This document shows, piece after piece, positions 10,393 through 19,593 of a stretch of DNA of 64,000 nt (its first letter is position 1; each line of letters begins with the position of its first letter). The stretch spans positions 80,421 to 144,420 of the IMG/VR virus record IMGVR_UViG_3300022752_000023, one strand, 5' to 3'. A program made the translations under genes and the position numbers. The DNA comes from a virus. Below the pieces are notes generated by a model. That model was given only the letters and a program-made list of their open reading frames with translations. It had not been told where the DNA came from and did no database searches.

Positions 10393-12122
10393 TATTGCAC
10401 CACAAATTTGTTAAAAAACGTCGACGCTTGATTTGTGAACAAACCAATCGAGCCTGTTACTTCGCCGGGGTTGCTCAGGCTGGTTGTCCCGCTGACCGGA
10501 TGCTCGCCGTTCAGCTCAGCTACCGAGAATGTCACTACAAGGCTGCTTCCGCTGAGTGCAAGACTGGCATACATTCTGTACCACGTGTTAACTTTTGAGT
10601 TGTAGTTCACGGATAATTCGTCAACAAATACGCTGCCGTTGTATCGCAACACGCGCACTTTGCCGCGCGTGCTATCGAGCATTACGACGACGTATCTCGT
10701 GACCACTTGACCCAGCTCAAGCGTTTGCACGTAATTCAACACAAGACCGCCGTTTCGTGCGGCGCCGTTTGTGCCTAATTTGAATTCGGTCATGATCGAC
10801 TTGTTAAGCGCCCAATCTGTCGCACAGTTTTTGAGTACGGCGATATTGGTTCCACCGATACCCGTCGACAGGTAAGTACCGTGATTCGTAAGAAGCGCGC
10901 CTATATTTGAGTCAAACTCGCCGGGATCGCAATTTCCGCAGGTCGGGGGTGCGAGCGTTTCCTGCGACGAAAAGATGCCGTTTTTGGTAACAAAATACGC
11001 GCTTGGCTGACATGACGCAAAATCAATACATAACGGCGTTGGCATGCAGGCGTAATCTGGCGTATCAAGTGTTTCGTCTACAACGAGATCAATCGCTTCG
11101 GTCGGATCTGGCCAACAGTATTCATCAATGACAATGTCTGTTTCGGCGTAGTTTGAACCATCCCAGCGGTACACGTTGTTTGTATCAAAAGCTAAATACA
11201 GCCGATTGAGTTCGCCGGCCGGCGGGAAGGAAGCACGGTTTGCGTATACGGTGATGTTTTCGCCCGTAGGCTCGCAGCACAGATCTTGAAACTCTTGCGG
11301 CTGTTTTGGTTTATTGGCGTCGCATACGGCGCTCAACCCGGTGTCAGTCACGATGTCCGCGCCGCCGCAGTTTGCAAAGTTGATGGCGTTAAACCCATCA
11401 AAAACAATATCAATGTTCCCGTCACAATCGGGGGCGACGCCATTGATTGTTTCAATCGGTGTCTTCGGGCACGTCCCGCTTTCTGGGCGCTGCGCACACG
11501 GCCCAAGAAACGTTGCCAGCGGGTTATAGTCGCCCGTGACAAGAGAACTATCCAACCTGAATACAACGGCGGGGTACTCTACTGAGTCGTACTGAATTGT
11601 TTCGTACTTCGCTATGACCGGCGACGTACCAATTACATTCACGACGCCCTGCAAAGATGTACCCAAATTGATTTTGCCAATGGTGGGTATAGGTAACGGC
11701 CGATATGGGCGTGCGTTTCTCGGCTGTACTAATGTTTGACGCGCGGTACTGTAGCGCCCCACAAATGGCGTGTCGACGCCGGGCCCGAATACAACCCACC
11801 CAGATACTGCACCAGCGATTGGCGTGATGGCGTAGTTAACGTACGGCGCCGCCGGTTGCGGCACTGACACCGCGCACACCGTCTGGCCGCTGTCATCTAC
11901 ATTGTCAACGGCGCCAAACAACACCGTGACAATACCGGCCGATACAGTGAGGCCCTGTACGTAGAGATATGTGCCAAGAGACGCCGGGAAACGAATGTGG
12001 CAGTCGACAATGATATCTTCACGAATAAACTCGCCGCGGTCGTCCACGCCCGTAGAAATATCATCGAGCGGATATCGCCGTGTCGATTGCAGGTTGTACC
12101 AGTTTTGATTGCGGATAGACAT
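10392..12122 (-). CDS. Tail-associated protein, paralog family member 3, with probable C-terminal lectin-like beta-sandwich
   Basis: WYNLQSTRRYPL, ETINGVAPDCDGN; internal fibre mini-motif YANRASFPPAGELNRLYLAFDTNNVYRWDGSNY; beta-rich C-terminus. Confidence 0.75.
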   Translation of the reverse strand: MSIRNQNWYNLQSTRRYPLDDISTGVDDRGEFIREDIIVDCHIRFPASLGTYLYVQGLTVSAGIVTVLFGAVDNVDDSGQTVCAVSVPQPAAPYVNYAITPIAGAVSGWVVFGPGVDTPFVGRYSTARQTLVQPRNARPYRPLPIPTIGKINLGTSLQGVVNVIGTSPVIAKYETIQYDSVEYPAVVFRLDSSLVTGDYNPLATFLGPCAQRPESGTCPKTPIETINGVAPDCDGNIDIVFDGFNAINFANCGGADIVTDTGLSAVCDANKPKQPQEFQDLCCEPTGENITVYANRASFPPAGELNRLYLAFDTNNVYRWDGSNYAETDIVIDEYCWPDPTEAIDLVVDETLDTPDYACMPTPLCIDFASCQPSAYFVTKNGIFSSQETLAPPTCGNCDPGEFDSNIGALLTNHGTYLSTGIGGTNIAVLKNCATDWALNKSIMTEFKLGTNGAARNGGLVLNYVQTLELGQVVTRYVVVMLDSTRGKVRVLRYNGSVFVDELSVNYNSKVNTWYRMYASLALSGSSLVVTFSVAELNGEHPVSGTTSLSNPGEVTGSIGLFTNQASTFFNKFVVQ

Positions 12123-12125
12123 GAT

Positions 12126-14324
12126 TTAACACGGCGCCTCTGTTTTACCTTCAGCGTTGCAGTGCAATGTTTGCGTGACTTCGGCAATTGCTGGTAGCGG
12201 CGGCAAACCGTCATCTAGGTTATTTCCGCAGTTTGTTAAGATCGGTTGCGCTGTGCTTAAATATGTGCCGGTCAGCGTACCGGTGATCACGTATGGCCCG
12301 CGTGCGCGCGTACTTTCGGCTTCTGGATTATTCGGGTCATACTGGTTGAATTTAACACGAAACTGTACGTACGCGGAGTCGCCGGGTTTTAGTTGCGGCA
12401 ACGCGGCCGAGTATTGAAAACCGCCGCCAGCCACTGAAATACCGACTGCGTTACCGCGTATTCCCGGCGCATACATAGTCGTGTAGCCGCATTCCAGTTC
12501 CGGCCTAACCGCGACAGATGTTTGCGTCTCTGGATCTGACAGCACCAGATCGCCGCTCACTGACAGGTTTAGTGTTAACCGTGTGGGTTCAACGCATTTG
12601 TCACATGGGTTACACAGCATCATGACGATGTCCAAATAAGGACACCGCTGCGGTACCATGATTAAACGTAGCGGGCGTTGAATGCTGCACGCACGCTGAT
12701 CAAGCCAGCGCGCGATGTTGTTTTCATGCTCGGTTCGCACCTTCTCGGCGCGCTGGCCGATGAGTTTGTACCTGTAACTTGTTTCGTTCATGTATTTTGC
12801 CGTGTTGGCGTAGTCGTCGCAGCCGCAACACGGGACACAGTCGGCGCCAATTTGTTGTTGCGCCGTTGTTGACGGGTTAACCGGGTGCGGCGCGGCTAGC
12901 CCGACAGTAACAGGCCGCCTAACCCATAAACAATCCGTCGCGCCGAATCTAAAATCTCCGTTTGTTCCCGCGACGCCGTTGATTTTTGTAATCGGGACGG
13001 CTGCGCCTTCTGGGCAGGCGCCGTAGCGGCCAAGTCCTGTGCCGGCTACTGCGCTAAAATTTACGCGGGTGATGTTTCGGAAATTTTTTGTTTCTGCCGG
13101 CGCGGCGACGATTTCGGTGTTGTACCCGTTTTCAAACTTAAACGCGCCAGCGTACCGCGGCGATGTTGTCTGCCCGTTGCGAACGCGCATAGACAATAGC
13201 CGCCGCGGCATCTTGTACACAGCGCGCTCGTCAATTTTGGCGTTCAACGGCGTCAGATACAAATCGTAAGTTTTTTCTGTGTCGTCATCAATGAACCCGT
13301 TGTCTGCGTCCGGCCACTTCTTGTGCGCGATTAATCGACATGTAGCGTTTTTCATGCGCCACTCAACCGCTGTATAAATTGTGTCCGAATCAAAAATCGC
13401 GCATGACGTCTCATTTTCTGCGGCAGTCGTGTCCACAATTACGCAGTTGTCTGCGTCCACCACGACGATATCAGCTTGATGCGCTGGCGTAGGAAAATTT
13501 GCGTCTGGTGTGTTTTCGTTGCAACCAAAACCGTACAAGTATTTTATGCGCAATGGGTGTTTGGCTTTTTTTACGCTGTTGTCGTACTCGCCTTTGTCGT
13601 CATAGCTTAAATGAAAATCGGCGATTAAATAACTGATGTCATCTGACGGATTTACCAGCGGGTAATCAACACCGCTCTGCGGTTGCACAACGCCGACCCC
13701 GCGGCGGCTGCGAGCGTCAAATGCAAACTGGTTGTACGCGTTGATTGCGGTTTTTAGCGCAAGTTCAGCTGCAACAATCGCGGCTATGCGTATAGGTAAC
13801 AACGCGGTATGCGTATTGATATCGTTTATTATGTAACCGCGCTCATTTTGTGCAGCAGCTATTTTTGCATATTGGGCCTGTATTGCATCAAGCAACCATT
13901 GCGGCGGCGAGTCCCCTTGTTCTTGCATACTCGTGACGCTATCGAGCAGGGCTTGTAGTTGCACTAACAGCGCTGCAATAAAAATGTCGATAAGCGTTAA
14001 CCGAATATTTAATGCTTCTATTGCTTTTTCGCTTATTTCTTTTTCGGCTATAGCGAAATCGTATTCAAGTTGCCGAATAGTCTTGATGACCACAAAACGG
14101 CGCAATTGCTTGCAGTATCGTTCAAAAGCGTAAAGAAGCGGTGCACCGACTTCCAGCGCCGCAAGCCTGTTTGTTAGCGCGAGCAACTCGTCGTTTAACT
14201 GCGCAATTTCTTCCGCGCGTAATGCGTTTTGTTGCTCGCGTGCGAGTATTTCTTGCTCTAACGCCGGCACCGCGGCATTACCGGCGAGATATTCATTCGT
14301 ATATTGATGCGTAAACGCGCTCAT
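12126..14324 (-). CDS. Tail-associated protein, paralog family member 4, with N-terminal coiled coil
   Basis: About 200-aa heptad N-terminus, then QPQSGVDYPL, KINGV and DCVPCCGC motifs. Confidence 0.75.
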   Translation of the reverse strand: MSAFTHQYTNEYLAGNAAVPALEQEILAREQQNALRAEEIAQLNDELLALTNRLAALEVGAPLLYAFERYCKQLRRFVVIKTIRQLEYDFAIAEKEISEKAIEALNIRLTLIDIFIAALLVQLQALLDSVTSMQEQGDSPPQWLLDAIQAQYAKIAAAQNERGYIINDINTHTALLPIRIAAIVAAELALKTAINAYNQFAFDARSRRGVGVVQPQSGVDYPLVNPSDDISYLIADFHLSYDDKGEYDNSVKKAKHPLRIKYLYGFGCNENTPDANFPTPAHQADIVVVDADNCVIVDTTAAENETSCAIFDSDTIYTAVEWRMKNATCRLIAHKKWPDADNGFIDDDTEKTYDLYLTPLNAKIDERAVYKMPRRLLSMRVRNGQTTSPRYAGAFKFENGYNTEIVAAPAETKNFRNITRVNFSAVAGTGLGRYGACPEGAAVPITKINGVAGTNGDFRFGATDCLWVRRPVTVGLAAPHPVNPSTTAQQQIGADCVPCCGCDDYANTAKYMNETSYRYKLIGQRAEKVRTEHENNIARWLDQRACSIQRPLRLIMVPQRCPYLDIVMMLCNPCDKCVEPTRLTLNLSVSGDLVLSDPETQTSVAVRPELECGYTTMYAPGIRGNAVGISVAGGGFQYSAALPQLKPGDSAYVQFRVKFNQYDPNNPEAESTRARGPYVITGTLTGTYLSTAQPILTNCGNNLDDGLPPLPAIAEVTQTLHCNAEGKTEAPC

Positions 14325-14398
14325 GGTTTTGCCGTAAAATAAATTGCATTCATACTGCGCGTGCTTGCATAATCCGCAAAATTATTACGCGGCGCGGA

Positions 14399-15340
14399 TT
14401 ACAACGTTGAGCAGCCGGAGTCGCCGAGCTGGCTGCCCAAGACGACCAGACTCATTTGCGTGACCTCAGATCCGAGTCGCGTAATAAAGTTTTGCAACGT
14501 TGTAACGCCGTCGCCAAATCTGTTGATTTGATTAACAATGGCGTCTAGCTCGGTGCACCCGCAGCACGGTTGCGCGCACGTGTCTGCAAATTTCAGCCCG
14601 TTGCTCATGGGCGTAATTTGAATACAGTCATCAGGCGCAATTATGAAGTTACCGTCTGTGCTGCATACGCCGTTAATGCACCGGATGCACGAACCAATTT
14701 CAGGTGTTTCGCAGTAGCATTCTTCGTTTAGGTTGGTGCCGGAAATTGCGTCAAAAATAATTTCTGTTTCAGTGGCAAACGCTACTGCCGTGATTCGAAC
14801 ATTATTTCCGGCCACGAGCGTCACGTCGCCGTATATGGGCGCGCTAAGTTCGCCGTTGTTGGATACGCGCAGCCGGGTTACCGCGCGCAACATCGGGCGA
14901 ATCGCGTCCGGTTCGAGTTCGCCGGCGGCAAAAGAAAATTCGTATTGTCCGGGCGGCAGCTGATCGATTTCGTCGAGCGCGCCGAGAACGACGCGCCCGA
15001 CACAGTCATCAAAATTGTCGACACCGCCCAACGCGTATGATCGGTTGGGTTGATAGTTACTGCGAATAATATTCGCTACAGCGACGTCAACTTCTGTTCC
15101 GTTGTCATCGTAGCCGACTGTGATATTAAAACCTGTCGGGGCAATGAGCAGATTTTTGATGAAAAATTTGTTGGGCGCAAAAGCCAGCCCCGAATGGATG
15201 GGTAGATACAGCGCAACGATAAAACTATCGGGCAACCGGATTGTTCCGGTTGTATCTGTTTTTGTGGCGCGCTCGGTAAGCGGGTAAGACCGCTGTGAGT
15301 TGTGGTTGAGCCACTGTAGGTTCCAGTTTCCAATCGGCAT
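14399..15340 (-). CDS. Cys-rich tail-associated protein, paralog family member 5
   Basis: WLNHNSQRSYPL, RCINGV, DTCAQPCCGC, C-terminal coiled coil. Confidence 0.75.
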   Translation of the reverse strand: MPIGNWNLQWLNHNSQRSYPLTERATKTDTTGTIRLPDSFIVALYLPIHSGLAFAPNKFFIKNLLIAPTGFNITVGYDDNGTEVDVAVANIIRSNYQPNRSYALGGVDNFDDCVGRVVLGALDEIDQLPPGQYEFSFAAGELEPDAIRPMLRAVTRLRVSNNGELSAPIYGDVTLVAGNNVRITAVAFATETEIIFDAISGTNLNEECYCETPEIGSCIRCINGVCSTDGNFIIAPDDCIQITPMSNGLKFADTCAQPCCGCTELDAIVNQINRFGDGVTTLQNFITRLGSEVTQMSLVVLGSQLGDSGCSTL

Positions 15341-15352
15341 GGCGGCTCACCT

Positions 15353-17203
15353 TTATGTGTCGCTATAGACGATTCCGGTGACGCGCAGTACGCCGATTTC
15401 TCCGTAAACGTTGTCTTCCGTACGCCCTATGGTGACGAGCACAGTGTCGCCTTCGTCCACAGAAAACTCATCGCTGTCGCGTTGAATTACGTGGTCAATA
15501 TAGAGGTTTGCGGAAGAATCAAAAATAAGTGGCGCGTCTGTCGTCGCCAGCGCGATACCGTCAGCGCCTGTTCCCGGCAACGGTAATGTTCGGCGCGTCA
15601 TATACAACGACGGCATAACTTTTCGTTGCAGCTGAGTTCCGTCGCGGCCAAACAGTTGCACGCGGATTTTCATTTTCAGGTTATCGCCGAGGTTGCTGCC
15701 CGGCACGTTAAAACGCAGACGAAGCAGCGACGCCTGATTGCCGGGGAAACCAAGATACGGAATATCCATGTATAGCCGCTCAATCGTATCGCTTAGCCGA
15801 ATGATTTGCGGCGAAATTTCGCGCTCCACCAATTGATCGGTGTAATCGATTTTGAGAATACCCTGATGCAGCGTGATCGGGTTTGCTGTAGTTAAATTGA
15901 ATTGTTGTTTTTCTTCTGTTGTCAGCGTACGTGGATTGCTGCGCGACCCGGTTATTGCGATTTGATTTGATAAGGTGAACGCGCCTTCTGTCACCCAGCC
16001 GCGGCGCAGCTGGTGACGATTAATGACGCCTTTCAATGCTTGTCCGCCAGTAACCTCTGCGGCGGCAATCTGCAGATCTAGATTTAACTGTAGGTCGCCG
16101 GTAGATGCGGGATCGTCGGCGCAGTTTGTAATTGCGATTGGGCTGGTGACGTTTGTGGCAGTCGGTGTCGGCTGCGTTTCCGTTGTTGTGCCGTCGACAT
16201 CTTTTACAAGGCTGGTCACCAGACTTCTGTCGTTGCCGACGAGCATGCGCAGGTACACTACCGATACGCGCATTTTTTCGTATCGCGGACATTCGTCGGT
16301 TTCGTTGGGATGTTCTGTCGGCGTTGTAAACGGAACGTCGCCGCCGCAATCGCTCATCCACCAAATTCCATTGGTGTCACAGATTGCAAGCCCCGTCGGC
16401 CCCAGCGGTATTTCTGTGGCGCCGACGTGATTTACACCCTTGTCCCAGAGCATCGCTACCGACTGAATAGGTAGCGGCGGCCACACATTAGAGAGCGCCG
16501 AGTGCTGACTTAAGTTGTAACCAAACACGGCTCCCGCGGGAGCCTTGCCTGCAAACACGCTATTGTTGGCCGGCAGCCAACCGGGATCGTTTTGCGTTGC
16601 GGCAAGCAGCGTTACCAGATCAAATCGATAGTGCGTGTGCTCGTCGATAAAGTCGCGCAGGTGCGGCATAACTACGACGCGCGGAACTGCTGTGCAGCTA
16701 TCTTTCGGCCCCTGCACGTGGCAGACTGTCACAGTTACCGGCGGCTTTTGTTTTACTAGTTTGCCGGCGTCGCTTGCTGACAGGTAATAGCGCCCCGGCG
16801 TAATCGGCCCGTCTACCGCGTTGGCAAGATCGGGAATTTCAACAATGCCGCGCAGCACGATGTCGCCGAGCGTTTCAGAACGCTTGCGCAGGCAGATACC
16901 TACGCAATCCGACGACGGCTGCACCAGCAATGCTTGCGTCTCTGGATCTGCAGCAACGGACGCGAGCGCCGGTTCGTAGCGCTTTTCAACCCAATTCCAG
17001 TACACCGGTTGTCCCGGCAAAACTGAACTGCAAATAGTTGCGTCGCTATCAACGAGAACACGACCTGCGTCGGCGGCATCGAGCCGGTCTTTTAAGTAAT
17101 CTGTGCGGTCTTCAAGCGTGCGGTCTGGGCGTGAAACGACACCAGCCTGTACAGGCTCGCCGGGATTGACGTGTTTAATGTTGTGCAGCCAGTTACCGGA
17201 CAT
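15353..17203 (-). CDS. Tail fibre anchor / proximal fibre protein
   Basis: N-terminal GEPV.AGV.SRP...LEDRTDYLK resembles myophage fibre baseplate-anchor segments; follows baseplate genes. Confidence 0.6.
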   Translation of the reverse strand: MSGNWLHNIKHVNPGEPVQAGVVSRPDRTLEDRTDYLKDRLDAADAGRVLVDSDATICSSVLPGQPVYWNWVEKRYEPALASVAADPETQALLVQPSSDCVGICLRKRSETLGDIVLRGIVEIPDLANAVDGPITPGRYYLSASDAGKLVKQKPPVTVTVCHVQGPKDSCTAVPRVVVMPHLRDFIDEHTHYRFDLVTLLAATQNDPGWLPANNSVFAGKAPAGAVFGYNLSQHSALSNVWPPLPIQSVAMLWDKGVNHVGATEIPLGPTGLAICDTNGIWWMSDCGGDVPFTTPTEHPNETDECPRYEKMRVSVVYLRMLVGNDRSLVTSLVKDVDGTTTETQPTPTATNVTSPIAITNCADDPASTGDLQLNLDLQIAAAEVTGGQALKGVINRHQLRRGWVTEGAFTLSNQIAITGSRSNPRTLTTEEKQQFNLTTANPITLHQGILKIDYTDQLVEREISPQIIRLSDTIERLYMDIPYLGFPGNQASLLRLRFNVPGSNLGDNLKMKIRVQLFGRDGTQLQRKVMPSLYMTRRTLPLPGTGADGIALATTDAPLIFDSSANLYIDHVIQRDSDEFSVDEGDTVLVTIGRTEDNVYGEIGVLRVTGIVYSDT

Positions 17204-17227
17204 CCTTGTCCTCCGGCAGTTAGTTGA

Positions 17228-17860
17228 TTACAGGAACGCGACATCCCACGTGATGCCGATTTGAGATGACGCTTCCTTGGTCACCTGATGCGAACTGTCG
17301 AATACAGTACGCGCAAATATCACGTCTTTCGAGCGATCGTTGAGTGCCGGGGCAGCAACAAGCGCGGCAGCATATACACGACTGTTGTTGGAGCTATTGA
17401 ATTGTTTTTCTTCGCCGGTATACACAACGCGCGCTTCCGAAGTTTGCGCGAAAAACGTCAACTGGTTGCCGGATTGATTGACCGGCAAATTTGCTTCATA
17501 ACCCGTTGAAACACTAAGCGCCGGCTCAATGCTCAACGGTACGCGGATAAAATTGCGCGTGGCGGAATCTATCAACGAGTTGTAGTACGTGATATCGACG
17601 TTACGACCAAAACTCGGCGTAGAAATTTCTAACGATGGGTCGAGATTTTCGTACTCGATGTACATTGCCGAAATGTGGTAATCGAGCCGGTCCGGCTGCC
17701 GCCGATAGCCAAGTTGTTTGGCCGCGATAAATCCCCAGCCATATTGAATTTGATTTGACTGCGAAAACAACGGCAGCTTGAGGCCGGTTTTTTCGTCAAC
17801 GCGCCAAACTGAAACGTGGCCGCGTACGCCAAAAGCGGGGGTAATGTTATCAGCAGCCAT
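17228..17860 (-). CDS. Baseplate fibre-attachment (tail collar-like) protein
   Basis: C-terminal FART.F....VTK.....IGITWDVAF pattern; position after wedge proteins. Confidence 0.5.
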   Translation of the reverse strand: MAADNITPAFGVRGHVSVWRVDEKTGLKLPLFSQSNQIQYGWGFIAAKQLGYRRQPDRLDYHISAMYIEYENLDPSLEISTPSFGRNVDITYYNSLIDSATRNFIRVPLSIEPALSVSTGYEANLPVNQSGNQLTFFAQTSEARVVYTGEEKQFNSSNNSRVYAAALVAAPALNDRSKDVIFARTVFDSSHQVTKEASSQIGITWDVAFL

Positions 17861-17869
17861 GTGTTGTCC

Positions 17870-19591
17870 TTATTGGCAGGTACCGGACACGAGTCTGGCG
17901 GTGGCGCCCAAATCATGCACCAAAGACACCGGTACGTCGTCGTTTGCTGGGTTCATTCCTGTAAAGCGCGTTACGGCCTCAAAAACGGCGTCCGCTGGCG
18001 TTATCTTATCTTTATCGGCCGCCAGCTCGAAAATAACAATCATTGCCGTTTGCGGTGGTAATAACTGGCGTAGATGCCTAATATTGTACAGTCCCAGATG
18101 ATTTAGCCCTAGCGCGCTTACCGAAATTCTGACTACAAATACGTTGTTTCGCAGTACATTTTCAACGAGAAAACGCAACGGGTTAATTGTCTTCGGTAAA
18201 TGGGCGGCGGTAGGTTCTGTGGCGGCGTTAACGCGTTTATCGAGTAACTGCGCCAACGTGCCGATTTTGAGCCGCGGGGCGCATTCCGGCTGCGCTTTGC
18301 GAAACTCCGCTGCCTGCACGCCGCGTTCGTGAATCTCGTCAAAAAACCGCTGCACGTCTGCCGGGTAACCACCTACGCGAAATTTTACATACGTGTAACC
18401 GGTGTCGTGCGCAGTGTTTACTTCGAGCGGTACATTTTGATTTTCAAAGACAAGATCGCCATAAAAGCACGACGCGAGAAACCCGCTGTCAAGCGCTAAC
18501 GCCACAATAGTACGACGAGCGGGTCGGCAATCATCTGCGTTTGGATCGAGCAGTAATTCGTCTTCTGTTTCGGTCGCTAGCGGTTCCCACGCGTTGCTGG
18601 TCAAAATATTGTTTAGCGGCGGACAGCAGATAACTTCGCCCTGCGTTTCGCGCGCGTATGTGTTGCCAACAAAGAATTCGTATACATCTATGCCGTGGAC
18701 TAACGGCGTGCCGGCGTGGATTGTTTGACCCACCTCCACGCGCGGAACCGCGTTTTCTGCAAAACGGTAAACCGCTTTGTCTGTCACGACAAGCAGGCCG
18801 CGGGCGTCGTCGTCAACAAGCTCGACAGTTTCTACCGGCCCAATGCTAACCGGTACGCCACAGATAGCCGCAATAGCAGCATCAAGCATTGCAGCGGTAG
18901 CCCCACCCTCAACGAGACCAGAAATAATAGCGTTCGTTAGATCTTTGTATGCCTGACTTGTGCGTAGCTTTATTCCGACCGCGTAAGCAAACTGATTGAA
19001 CACTGTGTTGTAATCAAACTGCCCGCAGAACCCCCACAGCGTCATCTCTTCGTCGTCGGCGTTGTCGGGTGCCGGTCGTTTTGTGAACACTGGGTTTTCA
19101 AATGGATCTTTAGCGAAAACAATTGCGCCGCGCGTTGTGTCGATCAGGAAATCCGCGTTTTTGATCAGTACGCCCGTGGGATACGTAATACGGTTAAACA
19201 ACTGCATAACGTCGGTCAAATCGGCTGGCAGCGGAAACGAGAAAAAAGTTGTCGTTGGCGGCACGTCAAACCGCAGGCCAGAATCAAACGCCGCCAAGTT
19301 GCGATCAAACTGCGTAATCGTCGTGCGCGCTGTATTCCGCTCGGATTTCTTTAACACAACCGGTGTCAGCGTTTCAGTGTGTAGCAACGGCACGTCAAAG
19401 CGACTTAACGCCTCAATAGTTTCAATGAGGTTTTGATACGTTTGATTTACAATCTGCGCGGTTGCAATTGTGTACGAGTGCACCTGATCTACGCCAGTGT
19501 ATGTACGCGCCCAGAAACTACCCAACGCCGCAATCAGGTTTCGACTGCGGTCGAAATCAGACCCCGGGTACACGAATTCTGGTTTGTTCAT
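17870..19591 (-). CDS. Baseplate wedge protein (gp7/gpI-like)
   Basis: Directly downstream of the J-like gene; LGSFW N-terminus, C-terminal LRQLLPPQT motif. Confidence 0.6.
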   Translation of the reverse strand: MNKPEFVYPGSDFDRSRNLIAALGSFWARTYTGVDQVHSYTIATAQIVNQTYQNLIETIEALSRFDVPLLHTETLTPVVLKKSERNTARTTITQFDRNLAAFDSGLRFDVPPTTTFFSFPLPADLTDVMQLFNRITYPTGVLIKNADFLIDTTRGAIVFAKDPFENPVFTKRPAPDNADDEEMTLWGFCGQFDYNTVFNQFAYAVGIKLRTSQAYKDLTNAIISGLVEGGATAAMLDAAIAAICGVPVSIGPVETVELVDDDARGLLVVTDKAVYRFAENAVPRVEVGQTIHAGTPLVHGIDVYEFFVGNTYARETQGEVICCPPLNNILTSNAWEPLATETEDELLLDPNADDCRPARRTIVALALDSGFLASCFYGDLVFENQNVPLEVNTAHDTGYTYVKFRVGGYPADVQRFFDEIHERGVQAAEFRKAQPECAPRLKIGTLAQLLDKRVNAATEPTAAHLPKTINPLRFLVENVLRNNVFVVRISVSALGLNHLGLYNIRHLRQLLPPQTAMIVIFELAADKDKITPADAVFEAVTRFTGMNPANDDVPVSLVHDLGATARLVSGTCQ

Positions 19592-19593
19592 GG

